Positions 10,466 to 20,547 are shown, counted from the first letter of the stretch. The stretch: 64,000 bases of DNA from an uncultured delta proteobacterium (GCA_963716725.1 CAVQUB010000020.1:96001-160000); one strand, 5' to 3'. Numbers and translations: made by a program. Notes: generated by a model from the letters alone, not told the origin.

Positions 10466-12712
10466 TCAGCCCCCGACCGCCGGCTCGGGCTGCTCAGCTG
10501 AGCCCCCGGCAGATGGCTCGACTGGCACGGACTCCGACGCCGGCTGAGAGGGCTCGGGATCGTTCGGCGCAGTGAGCGCGGCGGCCTTGGCGCTGGCGCT
10601 GCCAGCGGGAACGTACACGACCAGCTTGTCCCCAGACTCGAGCTTCTTCTGGCGCGACTGCCGGTTGACGCGTTCCATCCAACCCACGCTCATGCCGTGC
10701 CGGCGACCCAGGCTCGCCAGGGTGTCGCCGCTCTTCGCCTCGACGGTGATGCGCTTCTTGCCTTTCAAGCCCTCGAAGTGATCGAAGAACTCCGGAGTCC
10801 CCGCGACGAGCACCCTCACCTCGCTCTCGGAGAGCACGCGGACACCGGACAGATCCGCGCTGGGTTTCACCCACATCGTCAGCACCATCCCGGACACCAG
10901 CCGCGCGTTTGCATCGACGGCGTTCCAAGCCACCACCTCGCTGTTCGAGACGGCGAAGCCCCGGGCGATTCGCTCGAGGGTGTCGCCGCTCTGAACGCGA
11001 TAAAACACCCGCTTCTTGTCGGAGTAGCGGAACTCGCGGGGAGACGTCACCACGACCTCGCCGAGGGCCGGGGCCGCAGCCCCACTCGCTTCACGCTTGG
11101 GCAAGAGCAGGACGGTGCCCGCTCCGAGCCCTTCGTCGTCGCGGAGCTTGTTGAGCTTGGCCACAGTGGCGCGATCCGTCCCCCGCACTGACGCGATCTT
11201 GGCGGCGTCATCGCCGAGGCGCACCACGTAGGGCTCGAGCTCGGGATCGAGCTCGGAGACGTTGGCGAGCGCTCGAGTGATCTGCTGCGCCTTGCCCGCA
11301 GGCACGCGCACGAAGGCCCGTGGCTGCGTGGTGCCCACCAGCGGCGGCACCCGTCCCAAGAGCAGGTGTGGATTCAACGCCTCGAGGGTGGCGACCGGTG
11401 TCTGGGCCGCCTCGGCGATCTTTTCGAGTGAGAGTCCGCCGCGGGCCACGACGCTGTCCAGGTTCTCCGGAGCATCACCGGCCACATCCGCGAGGCCGAA
11501 GGCCTTCTTGTTCGTCATCACCAGGGCGATGGCGAAGATCTTCGGGACGTAGAGGGTCGTCTCCCACGGGATGCCCGCTTCGTAGCGGCAGAGTTCCCAG
11601 TAGTCGTTGGTGTTGAACTTGCGGATGGACCGGGACAGCCCGCCGTAGCCCATGTTGTAGGCCGCCATCGCCAGCTCCCAGCTGCCGAAGCGGCGGTACA
11701 AGTCGCCCAGATAGAGCACCGCGGCGTCCGTCGCGCGTTTGGGATCGTAGCGCTCGTCGACCCAGCGATCGACGTTGAGCCCGTACATGCGCCCCGCGTC
11801 CGGCATGAACTGCCAGAGTCCCGCCGCGCCCGCCGGTGACACGATGGTCGGGTTGTGGCCGCTCTCGATCAGGCTGAGCCAGACTAGATCCGAGGGCAGC
11901 CCCGCGCGGGTCAACTCCGACTTGAGGAACGCCACGTAGCGTCCGCTCTTGCGGGCCCAGACCCGGGCGATGGCCCTGCCCTTGGGGTTGTCTCGGTAAA
12001 ACTTCAAGTAGCGGACGACCCGCGACTCGAGGCGCACCGGCAGATCCGGCATCGTCAGCGATCGAATCCACTCCGCGTCGCTGGCGTTGTCGTTCGAGTC
12101 GTCGAGCCCGGGATCGCTCGCAATCGCGGGCGGCACACCGGAGGCGTGCACGCGTGCCCCGGCGCTCGGGGCGGGCTTCGGCAGATCCCAGCTGAAGCCC
12201 GAGGTGGAGCCGGGCAACGGCTTGGGGAAGAGCACTCGCTCGGCGTCCTTCAGCGCTTCGAGCTCGGGATCCTTCTTGTCGGTGCCCTGCTTGGAGGTCG
12301 CGGTGACGCGGCGACGCGCCGCTTCGTTCGGCGGCGGCGAGGCCTTTCCCGCCGGGAGGGTCGCCGCCGGACGCCGAGGCGCCTTGCCCTTCTTCGTGGG
12401 AGCTGGCTTTGCCTTCGGCTTCGACTTCGACTTCGCCTTCGCCGGAGCGGGCGCAGGTGCCGCCGGTCCCGTCGCGGGAGCGGGCGCCGGATTCGCTTTC
12501 GGCGCGGGCGTGGGATTCACCTGCGGTGCCGGCGCGGGATTCACCTTCGGCGGCGGCGGGAGGTTCACCTTCGGCGCGGGCGCCGGATTCGCTTTCGGTG
12601 CGGGCGCCGGATTCACTTTCGGCGGTGCTTCGGGGAGCACGTCTTGAGCACGAGCGACCGTCGCGAGCGACAGAATCGCCGCGAGCACGATCGAAGCTCC
12701 CGCGCGCTGCAT
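10466..12712 (-). CDS. MltD-like lytic transglycosylase with multiple LysM domains
   Basis: Signal peptide from MQRAGAS (ATG 12712). SLT motifs IESG, AGAAGLWQFMP and AAYNMG; LysM repeats (YRVQSGDTLERIA, KSGDTLASLG). Confidence 0.92.
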   Translation of the reverse strand: MQRAGASIVLAAILSLATVARAQDVLPEAPPKVNPAPAPKANPAPAPKVNLPPPPKVNPAPAPQVNPTPAPKANPAPAPATGPAAPAPAPAKAKSKSKPKAKPAPTKKGKAPRRPAATLPAGKASPPPNEAARRRVTATSKQGTDKKDPELEALKDAERVLFPKPLPGSTSGFSWDLPKPAPSAGARVHASGVPPAIASDPGLDDSNDNASDAEWIRSLTMPDLPVRLESRVVRYLKFYRDNPKGRAIARVWARKSGRYVAFLKSELTRAGLPSDLVWLSLIESGHNPTIVSPAGAAGLWQFMPDAGRMYGLNVDRWVDERYDPKRATDAAVLYLGDLYRRFGSWELAMAAYNMGYGGLSRSIRKFNTNDYWELCRYEAGIPWETTLYVPKIFAIALVMTNKKAFGLADVAGDAPENLDSVVARGGLSLEKIAEAAQTPVATLEALNPHLLLGRVPPLVGTTQPRAFVRVPAGKAQQITRALANVSELDPELEPYVVRLGDDAAKIASVRGTDRATVAKLNKLRDDEGLGAGTVLLLPKREASGAAAPALGEVVVTSPREFRYSDKKRVFYRVQSGDTLERIARGFAVSNSEVVAWNAVDANARLVSGMVLTMWVKPSADLSGVRVLSESEVRVLVAGTPEFFDHFEGLKGKKRITVEAKSGDTLASLGRRHGMSVGWMERVNRQSRQKKLESGDKLVVYVPAGSASAKAAALTAPNDPEPSQPASESVPVEPSAGGSAEQPEPAVGG
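12478..12628 (-). repeat. degenerate 24-bp tandem repeat encoding PAPK(V/A)NPA x~6 in the N-terminal linker of the transglycosylase
   Basis: Protein reads PPKVNPAPAPKANPAPAPKVNLPPPPKVNPAPAPQVNPTPAPKANPAPAP. Confidence 0.8.
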
Positions 12713-12801
12713 CGCCCAGTCGTAGCGACGAAGGTGGGTGGGGTCAAATCGCGCGGGGATCTCGCGGAAGTCTTGTGCGCGAGCCGCGAGGTGTGCGGGG
12801 G

Positions 12802-13272
12802 TCAGAGCACGGCTTGTTTCGAGACCATCATCCAGAGCACGGCCATGGTCACGGTGAACGACGGCAGTCCGAGCAGGGCCCACGTGCGCTGCATACGATA
12901 CCACTCGGCGGGCAACGCCCGCTCCTCAGCCGCCGCGAGCTTTGACAGCGTTCGCATGCGGATCTGGAGGTACGCGGCAGGAAGCCAGGTGATCCCCGCG
13001 ATGGCGTAGCCCGCGAGCCCTTGCCAGACCCACGGCGTCTGGAGCGGGAGCCGATAGATGACCACCAGCCAGAGCCCGGTCACCGGCATGATCAGCCCCG
13101 CGGGCACGGTGAAGATCCAGTCGGCGCGGACCACCTCGGCGTCGCACCACGCCACCACGCGGGCGTCCTTCGAAGCGCCAGCGCGGAACTTGTAATACGC
13201 GCTGCCGAGCCCGGTCCCCAAGAAGAGCACCGCGCCGAGCACGTGGATCGTCTTCAAGACCAGGATGAGCAT
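12802..13272 (-). CDS. DUF2269-family integral membrane protein
   Basis: MLILVLKTIHVLGAVLFLGTGLGSAYY, VVRADWIFTVPA, WLPAAYLQIRM and WMMVSK are characteristic of the family. ATG at 13272. Confidence 0.85.
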   Translation of the reverse strand: MLILVLKTIHVLGAVLFLGTGLGSAYYKFRAGASKDARVVAWCDAEVVRADWIFTVPAGLIMPVTGLWLVVIYRLPLQTPWVWQGLAGYAIAGITWLPAAYLQIRMRTLSKLAAAEERALPAEWYRMQRTWALLGLPSFTVTMAVLWMMVSKQAVL

Positions 13273-14012
13273 CGGCGGAGGATGACCAGGGTGCCGAGCA
13301 GGACGGGCACGTTCTTGGTGAAGGGACCGAAGGGGTGGAACCAGAGCCAGGGAACGAACCAAGAGACCACGACCGGGAGCACGATCAGACCACCGGCCTG
13401 CGCGATCAGCAACCAGCGGAGCACCGGGCCGCGAGTCGCGAGCACGGCGACCCCAGAGGCCACCTGCAACGCGCCGATGACCAGGAGCAGCGTGCCCGGG
13501 CGCCCGAAGGCGAGCCCGGTCTGCGTCGCGATCGACAGCTCCTCCGCCTGCTGGAACAGGATCTTGGGAAACAGCCCCTCGGTGATCCACACCGACGCCA
13601 TGCCACCCCGGAGCAGCCACCGCGCCCTCGGCGAGTAGCCCTCGCGCTCGATCAGGTACGCGACCACCACCGCCGCCACGATGGGCACGTTCTTGGTCAG
13701 CATGCCGAAGGGGCTGACCAGCAGCCGAGGCTCCCCGAGCGCGAGGATGGCCGTGAAGCTGGCCACCATGGAGACCTGGAGCAGCGTGATCCACCAGGAG
13801 GGTCGCCCGAGCGCGACCCAAAACGCCAACGCCACCTCGAAGGCGCAGGTCAGCGGCATGAGCCACTCGGGCAATCCGAGGCGGTGCAGGTAGCTCGCGC
13901 CGATGGCGCGATAGGTCGCGCTCACCACCATCACCCCCGTCGCGAGCCAGACCGACGCGACTCCGACCCTGAGCCAGAGCGAGTCCCGGGAGATGTCCTG
14001 TTGGTCCACCAC
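13254..14012 (-). CDS. DoxX-like membrane protein with two tandem DoxX-like units
   Basis: Two repeats: LRVGVASVWLATG...PFGMLTKNVP and LRGGMASVWITEG...PFGPFTKNVP. Confidence 0.8.
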   Translation of the reverse strand: MVDQQDISRDSLWLRVGVASVWLATGVMVVSATYRAIGASYLHRLGLPEWLMPLTCAFEVALAFWVALGRPSWWITLLQVSMVASFTAILALGEPRLLVSPFGMLTKNVPIVAAVVVAYLIEREGYSPRARWLLRGGMASVWITEGLFPKILFQQAEELSIATQTGLAFGRPGTLLLVIGALQVASGVAVLATRGPVLRWLLIAQAGGLIVLPVVVSWFVPWLWFHPFGPFTKNVPVLLGTLVILRRCSSWS

Positions 14013-14039
14013 CCGCGACGTCTATCACGGAGTCGTGAT

Positions 14040-15479
14040 TCAGCGCTGGGCTACGACGAAGAGCGCGCTGCCCTCACGGAACAGCAGAAGCAGGGTTCGG
14101 CCACGGGCCTTTCCATAGAGCTCGCGGAAGCGTTCGACCCCGGTGACCTGCTGCCGATCCACCTCGAGCACCACGTCACCGGCCCGAAGCCCAGCCCGCG
14201 CCGCCGGGCTGCCGCGGTCGACCTCGACCACCACGGCTCCGGCCGCGACTTGCGCGGGCAGGTGCAGGCTGCGCCGGGCGTCCGGCGTGAGCTCCCCCAA
14301 GGTGAGCCCGTCGAGCGCGTCGGCCTTCGACGGCGCGAAGTCACGTCGAAGGTCGCTCGGTTGCTCGTCCAGCGCTGCGCTGATCTCGACGGGCTTCTTC
14401 GCGCGCAGGAGCCCGAGCTTGACCTTCTTCCCGGCGCCGCTGGCCGCGATCTGGTTGCGGAACTGACCCACGCCGGCGACCGTTCGTCCTTCAAGCTGCG
14501 TGATGACGTCACCCCGCACCAGGCCGGCGCGCTGGGCCGGGGAACCCGCCTGCACGTCGGAGACCAGCACGCCGGTGGGCGTCGGCAGCGCCAGCGCCGT
14601 CGCCAGCTCTTGATCCACGTCTTGGATCGACACGCCGAGCCACCCGCGCACGACCTTGCCCTGGGTGCGCAAGCTCTCGACGATGGGCTTGGCCATGTTG
14701 GTCGGGATCGCGAAGCCGATGCCGACGTTGCCGCCGGTCCGCGACAAGATCGCGGTGTTGATGCCGACCAGCCGGCCCTCCATGTCGACCAAGGCGCCGC
14801 CGGAGTTGCCGGGATTGATGGCGGCGTCGGTCTGGATGAAGTCTTCGTAGTCGACGATGCCCATGTTGGCGCGCCCCTTCGCCGACACGATCCCCATGGT
14901 GACCGTCTGCCCGACCCCGAAGGGGTTGCCCACCGCCAACACCACGTCGCCCAGACGCAGCCGCGCGGAGTCGCCGAGCTCGAGGGGCACCAGCCCCTTG
15001 GTATCTCCCGAGAGCTCGAGCACCGCGAGATCGCTCTTGGGATCGGTGCCGACGACCCGAGCGCCCAGCACGCGGTTATCCGCGGTCTTGACCTCCAGCT
15101 TCTCCGCGCCAGCCACCACGTGGTTGTTGGTCACCACGATCCCAGGGCCAATCACGACCCCGGATCCGATGCCCGCTTGCCGATCGGGTGAGCCGGAGCC
15201 AAACGGGAAGGTGACGGGCGCGACACGCGTCGACGCGACGCTGACCACCGAGGGTAGGACCCGCTCCACGACGTCCGCGATGCTCACGCCACCGGCGCGC
15301 GCCAGCGCAGCGCTGGGCAACACCGCCGGTGCCGAAGCGGCGGGCTGAGCCGACGCCTCGGGCGACTCCACTGCCCGCGCTGGTGGCTCAGGGGCGCGCG
15401 CACACGAGACACACCAGAGCAGGGCTGCGGATCCGAACGCCGCCAAGGCGAGTGAACGCCATTGAATCGAGAAGCGCAT
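14040..15479 (-). CDS. htrA: HtrA/DegP/DegQ-family serine endoprotease with two PDZ domains
   Basis: TNNHVV, D in DPKSDLAVL, TDAAINPGNSGG, RGWLGV and two PDZ domains; lipoprotein-like N-terminus. Confidence 0.93.
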   Translation of the reverse strand: MRFSIQWRSLALAAFGSAALLWCVSCARAPEPPARAVESPEASAQPAASAPAVLPSAALARAGGVSIADVVERVLPSVVSVASTRVAPVTFPFGSGSPDRQAGIGSGVVIGPGIVVTNNHVVAGAEKLEVKTADNRVLGARVVGTDPKSDLAVLELSGDTKGLVPLELGDSARLRLGDVVLAVGNPFGVGQTVTMGIVSAKGRANMGIVDYEDFIQTDAAINPGNSGGALVDMEGRLVGINTAILSRTGGNVGIGFAIPTNMAKPIVESLRTQGKVVRGWLGVSIQDVDQELATALALPTPTGVLVSDVQAGSPAQRAGLVRGDVITQLEGRTVAGVGQFRNQIAASGAGKKVKLGLLRAKKPVEISAALDEQPSDLRRDFAPSKADALDGLTLGELTPDARRSLHLPAQVAAGAVVVEVDRGSPAARAGLRAGDVVLEVDRQQVTGVERFRELYGKARGRTLLLLFREGSALFVVAQR

Positions 15480-15523
15480 GTGGCTGGGAAACAGCGCGGA
15501 GGGTCCGGTCATTCCCGCCGGCC

Positions 15524-15886
15524 TCAGCCGACCCGCACCGGGATCTTCCGCGGCGTCTGCGCCGACTGCTTGGGCAGGTGGAGGCGCAAGACCCCGGCGT
15601 CGAGCTTGGCCTCGATGCGATCCTTGTCGATCACCTGTGAAATGGTGAAGGTACGGCTGAAGTCGACCGGCTCGTACTCCGTCGCCAGCGCCGTGCCAGA
15701 CGCTGCGCCGCTGCGCCGTGCCTCGAGCGTGAGCGTGTCGCCGTCGGCCTGAATCACCAGGTCGTCTTTGGTGACGCCGGGCAGATCGGCGAGCAGCAGG
15801 ATCTCCTTCTCGTTTTCGTAAACGTCGACCCGCGGGTTGACGTGGCGTCGTTCTTTGGCCTGCGAGAGCTTGTCGTTTCGAGTCAT
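15524..15886 (-). CDS. Hsp20/alpha-crystallin small heat shock protein
   Basis: PRVDVYE, ADLPGV, FSRTF and AKLDAGVLRLHLPK. Confidence 0.93.
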   Translation of the reverse strand: MTRNDKLSQAKERRHVNPRVDVYENEKEILLLADLPGVTKDDLVIQADGDTLTLEARRSGAASGTALATEYEPVDFSRTFTISQVIDKDRIEAKLDAGVLRLHLPKQSAQTPRKIPVRVG

Positions 15887-15896
15887 GGCTTTCTCC

Positions 15897-16340
15897 TCAA
15901 GCGACGCGAACTGCGATCTTCCGGGGTTGGGCCTCGGCGGCCTTCTCGAGCGTCACGGTCAGGACGCCGTGCTGGAGCACGGCCAGGGTCTTCTCTGGGT
16001 CGACCTTGGCCGGGAGCGCGAAGCTGCGCGTGAAGCGATGAGGCGCCCGTTCTTGGCGATAGGCCGCGTATCCCTCCGGCGCGTCCGCCCTGCGCTGCCC
16101 GCTCAGGGTGAGCACGTCCTGCTCGAGCGTGAGCGAGAGATCAGCGTCCTTCACTCCGGGCAGGTCTGCCTGGAGCACAAACGCGGTGCCCGTGTCGCTG
16201 AAGTTGACCCGAGGGATCCCCCCGGTCGCGGGCTCGGGCGCGCCGCCGGCATCGACGTCGTCGAAGACGCGATCCATGCGGCGCCGAAGCTGGTCCATGA
16301 TGGCCAGCGTGCGGTCGAAATCACTGTGATAGCCGAACAT
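15897..16340 (-). CDS. Hsp20/alpha-crystallin small heat shock protein
   Basis: ADLPGV, FTRSFALP and HGVLTVTLEK; SD AGGAGA at 16348-16353. Confidence 0.93.
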   Translation of the reverse strand: MFGYHSDFDRTLAIMDQLRRRMDRVFDDVDAGGAPEPATGGIPRVNFSDTGTAFVLQADLPGVKDADLSLTLEQDVLTLSGQRRADAPEGYAAYRQERAPHRFTRSFALPAKVDPEKTLAVLQHGVLTVTLEKAAEAQPRKIAVRVA

Positions 16341-16456
16341 CGGTCGTTCTCCTGATCGAGTGGGGTCCGACCTGCGCCGAGCGGCGAGCCGAGTCGAACC
16401 CAGTCCTCCACGACGGGCCTTTCTGAGGGAAAAGCCCGAGATCCGTGGACACCAGC

Positions 16457-16485
16457 ACCATGTGCACCGGCCCCCGACGTGTCAA
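16457..16485 (-). promoter_or_regulatory. putative sigma70-type promoter of the hsp20-hsp20-htrA operon
   Basis: The minus strand reads TTGACA-N17-CATGGT, a perfect -35 with a weak -10. Confidence 0.5.
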
Positions 16486-16496
16486 CCGCCGAGGGC

Positions 16497-17576
16497 TCAC
16501 CTGAGCGCGCGCAGGTACTCCGCGATCTCGGGCAGCGGCAGCGTGTGCGTCGCCACTCCAGCCCGCACCGCCGCCCCCGGCATCCCGTAGACGATGGCTG
16601 TTGCGTCGCTCTCGACCACCACCACGCCGCCGGCGTCGCGGATGGCGCGGGCTCCCTCGGCCCCGTCGTCCCCCATGCCCGTCAAGATGACGCCGACAGC
16701 CTTGGGTCCGTGCGCGCGGGCGAGGCTCGTGAACAATCGATCCGCGCTGGGCACGTAGCGATCTTCCGCCGTGGGCGGCCACACCCGGGCCTTGGGAGCC
16801 GCAAACGACGTGCTCGCCTCCAGCGTCAAGCAGCGCCCACCCGGACAGACGAGCCCGAGGCCGGCGACGACCTCGTCACCGTCGGCGGCCTCGCGCACCC
16901 TGAGCTCGCTGCGGCGATTGAGCCGTTCAGAGAAGGTCCGCGTGAAGTTCTCCGGCATGTGCTGGGTCATCAGCAGCGCGTTTGGGTATCTCGCCGGCAA
17001 GCGCGCGGCGATCTGCATCAGCGCTGTCGGGCCACCGGTGCTGGAGGCGATGCCGACCACCTGGCGAGCCGGCTGCGCGTCTGCAGAGCGCGGCGGCTCG
17101 GAGTCGGTACCGGAAAACGAATCGAGCTTGGGGCGGGTCACGAATACGCCGCGCTTCAGCGTGCGAGCGAGGAGCACCTTCGCCAACAGCTCCCGGCCTA
17201 TCCGCTGGAAGTCGCCGTCGGGCTTGTGCTCGGTCTTGGCGACGAAATCCAGCGCACCCAGCTCGAGGGCCCGGAAGACGTTTTCTTTCGCGCTGTAGCT
17301 CGAGACCACGATCACCGGCGTGGGTTGCCGGCTCATCAAGATCCGCAAGAAGGTGAAGCCGTCCATCTTCGGCATCTCGAGATCCAGCGTGATCACGTCC
17401 GGCCGCAGGGAGAGCGCCAGCTGCAGTGCCTGCTCGCCGTCGGCCGCTCGGCCCACGACTCGTACGTCCGCAGCGCCGTCGAGGATCTCGGCGATGCTCC
17501 GGCGGTTGACGGCGGAATCGTCGACCACGAGCACGGTCGTGGGAGTTACGCTGGGCAGGTTCATCTCGCGAGTCAT
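16497..17576 (-). CDS. cheB: chemotaxis methylesterase CheB (REC + esterase)
   Basis: VLVVDDS...TLDLEMPKMDG receiver domain. Catalytic SSTGG, QHMP and LTGMGDDG. ATG 17576 overlaps the cheR stop. Confidence 0.95.
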   Translation of the reverse strand: MTREMNLPSVTPTTVLVVDDSAVNRRSIAEILDGAADVRVVGRAADGEQALQLALSLRPDVITLDLEMPKMDGFTFLRILMSRQPTPVIVVSSYSAKENVFRALELGALDFVAKTEHKPDGDFQRIGRELLAKVLLARTLKRGVFVTRPKLDSFSGTDSEPPRSADAQPARQVVGIASSTGGPTALMQIAARLPARYPNALLMTQHMPENFTRTFSERLNRRSELRVREAADGDEVVAGLGLVCPGGRCLTLEASTSFAAPKARVWPPTAEDRYVPSADRLFTSLARAHGPKAVGVILTGMGDDGAEGARAIRDAGGVVVVESDATAIVYGMPGAAVRAGVATHTLPLPEIAEYLRALR

Positions 17577-18448
17577 GGCAACAGCGAACCCGGCGCCCGT
17601 GCAGCCACGGGCTTGCGGTACACCAGATCTTCTCTCAGGTGGCAGAGTTCGAACGCCGTCGAGACGTTCCACAATGATTCCGAGTGTCCCAGGAGCAGGT
17701 AGCCGCCGGGGAACAAACGTTCGTACAGATTTTCGATGACGCGAGCCCGAGCCTGCGTGTCGAAATAGATCAGGACGTTCCGACACAATACGACATCGAC
17801 GCGGCCGACGATGGACCCACGCGACGCGTCGAGCAGATTGAGCTGGCCGAAGTGGCAGAGTCGTCGGACCGCATCCGCGACGTGGGTCCCGTCCGGTCGC
17901 TCGTCGAAGTACGCACGCCGGATCTCGGGTCCGGTGGAGCGAAAGGCGCTGGGGCGATATACGCCGCGACGCGCCGCCGCGACGCTCTTCTTGGACAGAT
18001 CGCTGCCGATGACCCGAACGTCCCAGCCCTCGAAGAGCTTGGACTCCAGCACGCAGATGCCCAAGGAGTAGACCTCTTCGCCCGTCGCGCAGCCGGCGCT
18101 CCAAATCGCGAGCCGCCGCGAGCGCTGATTCGACTGCGCGAGCGCTGGCAAGAGCTCGTCGCGGAGCGCCCTCAGCTGGTACTCTTGTCGAAAGAAGTAG
18201 GTCTCCTTGGTCGTCAGCAGATTGAGGGCTTCCTCGAGCTCCGCGGCGCCGCCGCGGCTCAGGCGCAGATACTGATAGTAGTCGTTGAAGCTCGGGAGCG
18301 AGAGCGCCGCCAAACGCTCGGACAGCCTGCGCTCGAACGCGTAGAGCGCGTCGTCGTGATACTCGAGGCCGGCGCTCGCGTTGATCAGGTCGCGCAGCAA
18401 GCGAAAGACCTCCGGCGTCAGCCGCGGCCTCTGGGAGGCCGGCGTCAT
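17573..18448 (-). CDS. cheR: chemotaxis methyltransferase CheR
   Basis: TTKETYFFR, IWSAGCATGEEVYSL, CRNVLIYFD and LLGHSESL. ATG at 18448. Confidence 0.95.
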   Translation of the reverse strand: MTPASQRPRLTPEVFRLLRDLINASAGLEYHDDALYAFERRLSERLAALSLPSFNDYYQYLRLSRGGAAELEEALNLLTTKETYFFRQEYQLRALRDELLPALAQSNQRSRRLAIWSAGCATGEEVYSLGICVLESKLFEGWDVRVIGSDLSKKSVAAARRGVYRPSAFRSTGPEIRRAYFDERPDGTHVADAVRRLCHFGQLNLLDASRGSIVGRVDVVLCRNVLIYFDTQARARVIENLYERLFPGGYLLLGHSESLWNVSTAFELCHLREDLVYRKPVAARAPGSLLP

Positions 18449-20547
18449 TCCCGTCGCATCCCCCGCAGACTCGGCGGCGGAGCGGTTCGGCGCCGACCGC
18501 TCGTGGTCTCGGCTGCGGTGATGGCGCGCACGATCTCGTCGCGCACTAGTTCCTGGGCCTCGACGGACAGCCGGCCGCGCAGCAAGTTCAGCGCGTCGTC
18601 GCCGCCCAACGCGCCGAGCACCTCGGCTGCCAGGCGTCGCACGTCCCACTCGACGTGGTCGAGGCAGGCCGAGAGGCGCTCGACCGTCCGAGCATCCCGG
18701 GCACTGGCCAGCACCCGCATGGCCGACTTCACGACCTCAGAGTCGGCGTGGGCGAGCCCGACGGCCAGCGCCTCGTTCCTCTCCGCACTCTGGAAGCCGC
18801 CGAGGGTCTCCAGCGCGACCACCGCGACGAAGGGTTCTCGTTCGAGCAACGCTCCCAGAACCGGGAGCGCTCTCGGATCCGCCACCGCTCCGAGCGCACG
18901 GCACGCCGCGGCCACCAGGGTGGGCTCGGTCGCGGTCTGCGCGACCTCCAGCAGCCGCTCGACGCCGAGGGGTGCTCCGCCCGCGCCAGTGATCATGCCT
19001 AGGGCGTGCACCGCGGCCAGACGAACTTCGGGCTCCTCGTCGCCGAGGGCAAAGGCGACCGGCTCGAGGGCGTTTGCTCCCCCGATGGCGGCGAGCGCCG
19101 AGAGCGCTGCGCAGCGCGTGGTAGCGGCAGGACTGTCGAGCGCTGCGTGCAAGAAGCCGATGTGTGACTCCCGGTCCGGGAGTTGAACGGCTAGTGTCTC
19201 GATGACGACAGCGGCGGCTTCTGCCTCGGCACCATCGGGCGCAGCGCGACGCACGACCTCGAGGGCGTCCGCCGGGTAGTGGCGCGCCAACGCCACCAGC
19301 GCACGCTGAGCCGCTTGGCGCACGACTGGCCCAGCCGAAATGAGGCGCACTGCGTCGCCCAATGCTCCCCGATCGCCGGCGCCTCCCAGGGCCTCGAGCG
19401 CGGCAGCCACGACCTCTGGGTACGGGTCTCCGAGGGCTCGCTTGGCCGCCGCGTTGGCGTCCGGGTGAAGACGGACCAAGGGGCCCAAGAGCGTGATGCA
19501 GGCGGAGCGTTGCCCCGGCGCCGGAGCCTGCGAGCCGGCGATCAGCGCATCGACGGCGACGCCGCCCAGCTCCGCGAGGGTCGCCTCTGCCTGCTCGGCC
19601 AAGGAGTCGTCAGCGAGGGCCGCCACCGCGACCCGCGCAGCGTCGGCTTCGCCGACGAAGGTCGAGACTCGCAGGGCGCTACGGCGCGCTTCCACGGGAG
19701 CGTCTTCGTCGCCGGCGAGCGCAAAGATCGATTCTCGAACGTGCGCCGGGACACCCAGCATGCCTTGGCGCAAGGCGCGGTGGGCCGCGGTGCTCGAATC
19801 TCCGAGCATCGCGATGGACTCGAGGCCTTCGACGAAGGTCCGGCCGCGCTCCGACGCGAGGGCCGCGAGCATGATGGGAACGGCAGGCTCCGCGCCGCTC
19901 CGACCCGCGGCGGTGAGCACCGCCGGGCGCAGGATCGGATCGTCCGCGAGGGGCTCGAGCCGCTCCCAGGGCACCTCGGCGGAGAGTCGATTGAGGCCAG
20001 AGAGGGCCGCCAACCTGGAAAACTGCTCGGGCGAATCGAGGCAGGCGTCCAAAATGGCGATGGCCTCTTCGGCGCAGGCCTCGCCGATGCACGCCACAGC
20101 CTCGATGGCCGCCCCGCGCACGTTGACGTCATCGTCCCGGAGCAGCGTCCGCAGGATGGGCAGCGCCTCGGGGCGCGCGCCCTTCGCGAGGATGTCCACG
20201 ACCAGCTTCTTGCCGTCGGCGTCCAGATCGACCAGCGCCGCCGCCAACGCCGGGATGGCGTGCACAGCGTAGCCTGCCAAGGCCTCGACGGCGCTGTTCC
20301 GCGCCCCGATGTTGTCGCCAGGTCGCAACTCGTTCACCAACGCTTTGAGCACGGCGGCGGAGGGCGCCAGCGCCAGCGCGGTGAGAACGGCCTCTTTTCG
20401 CACTCGCCAATCGCTATCGCCGAGGGCCTGCGTCAGCAGCGCCACCGACACGGGGCCTTCGGCGCGTCTCATCGCGGACATGGCGCGGCGTCGCTCCTCG
20501 GCGTCGTTCGCCTCGAGCGCTCGCTTCAGGTCCGAGGCATCACTCAC
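18445..20547 (-). CDS. HEAT-repeat protein embedded in the che operon
   Basis: Multiple LxDxDxxVRxxAxxAL repeats. GTG 20547 overlaps the cheW stop, and its own stop overlaps the cheR start. Confidence 0.88.
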   Translation of the reverse strand: MSDASDLKRALEANDAEERRRAMSAMRRAEGPVSVALLTQALGDSDWRVRKEAVLTALALAPSAAVLKALVNELRPGDNIGARNSAVEALAGYAVHAIPALAAALVDLDADGKKLVVDILAKGARPEALPILRTLLRDDDVNVRGAAIEAVACIGEACAEEAIAILDACLDSPEQFSRLAALSGLNRLSAEVPWERLEPLADDPILRPAVLTAAGRSGAEPAVPIMLAALASERGRTFVEGLESIAMLGDSSTAAHRALRQGMLGVPAHVRESIFALAGDEDAPVEARRSALRVSTFVGEADAARVAVAALADDSLAEQAEATLAELGGVAVDALIAGSQAPAPGQRSACITLLGPLVRLHPDANAAAKRALGDPYPEVVAAALEALGGAGDRGALGDAVRLISAGPVVRQAAQRALVALARHYPADALEVVRRAAPDGAEAEAAAVVIETLAVQLPDRESHIGFLHAALDSPAATTRCAALSALAAIGGANALEPVAFALGDEEPEVRLAAVHALGMITGAGGAPLGVERLLEVAQTATEPTLVAAACRALGAVADPRALPVLGALLEREPFVAVVALETLGGFQSAERNEALAVGLAHADSEVVKSAMRVLASARDARTVERLSACLDHVEWDVRRLAAEVLGALGGDDALNLLRGRLSVEAQELVRDEIVRAITAAETTSGRRRTAPPPSLRGMRRE

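Noticed and set aside
13254..14012. DoxX gene as part of a bufferin/DUF692 RiPP cluster
   Set aside because: No DUF692, DUF2063 or precursor gene is adjacent.
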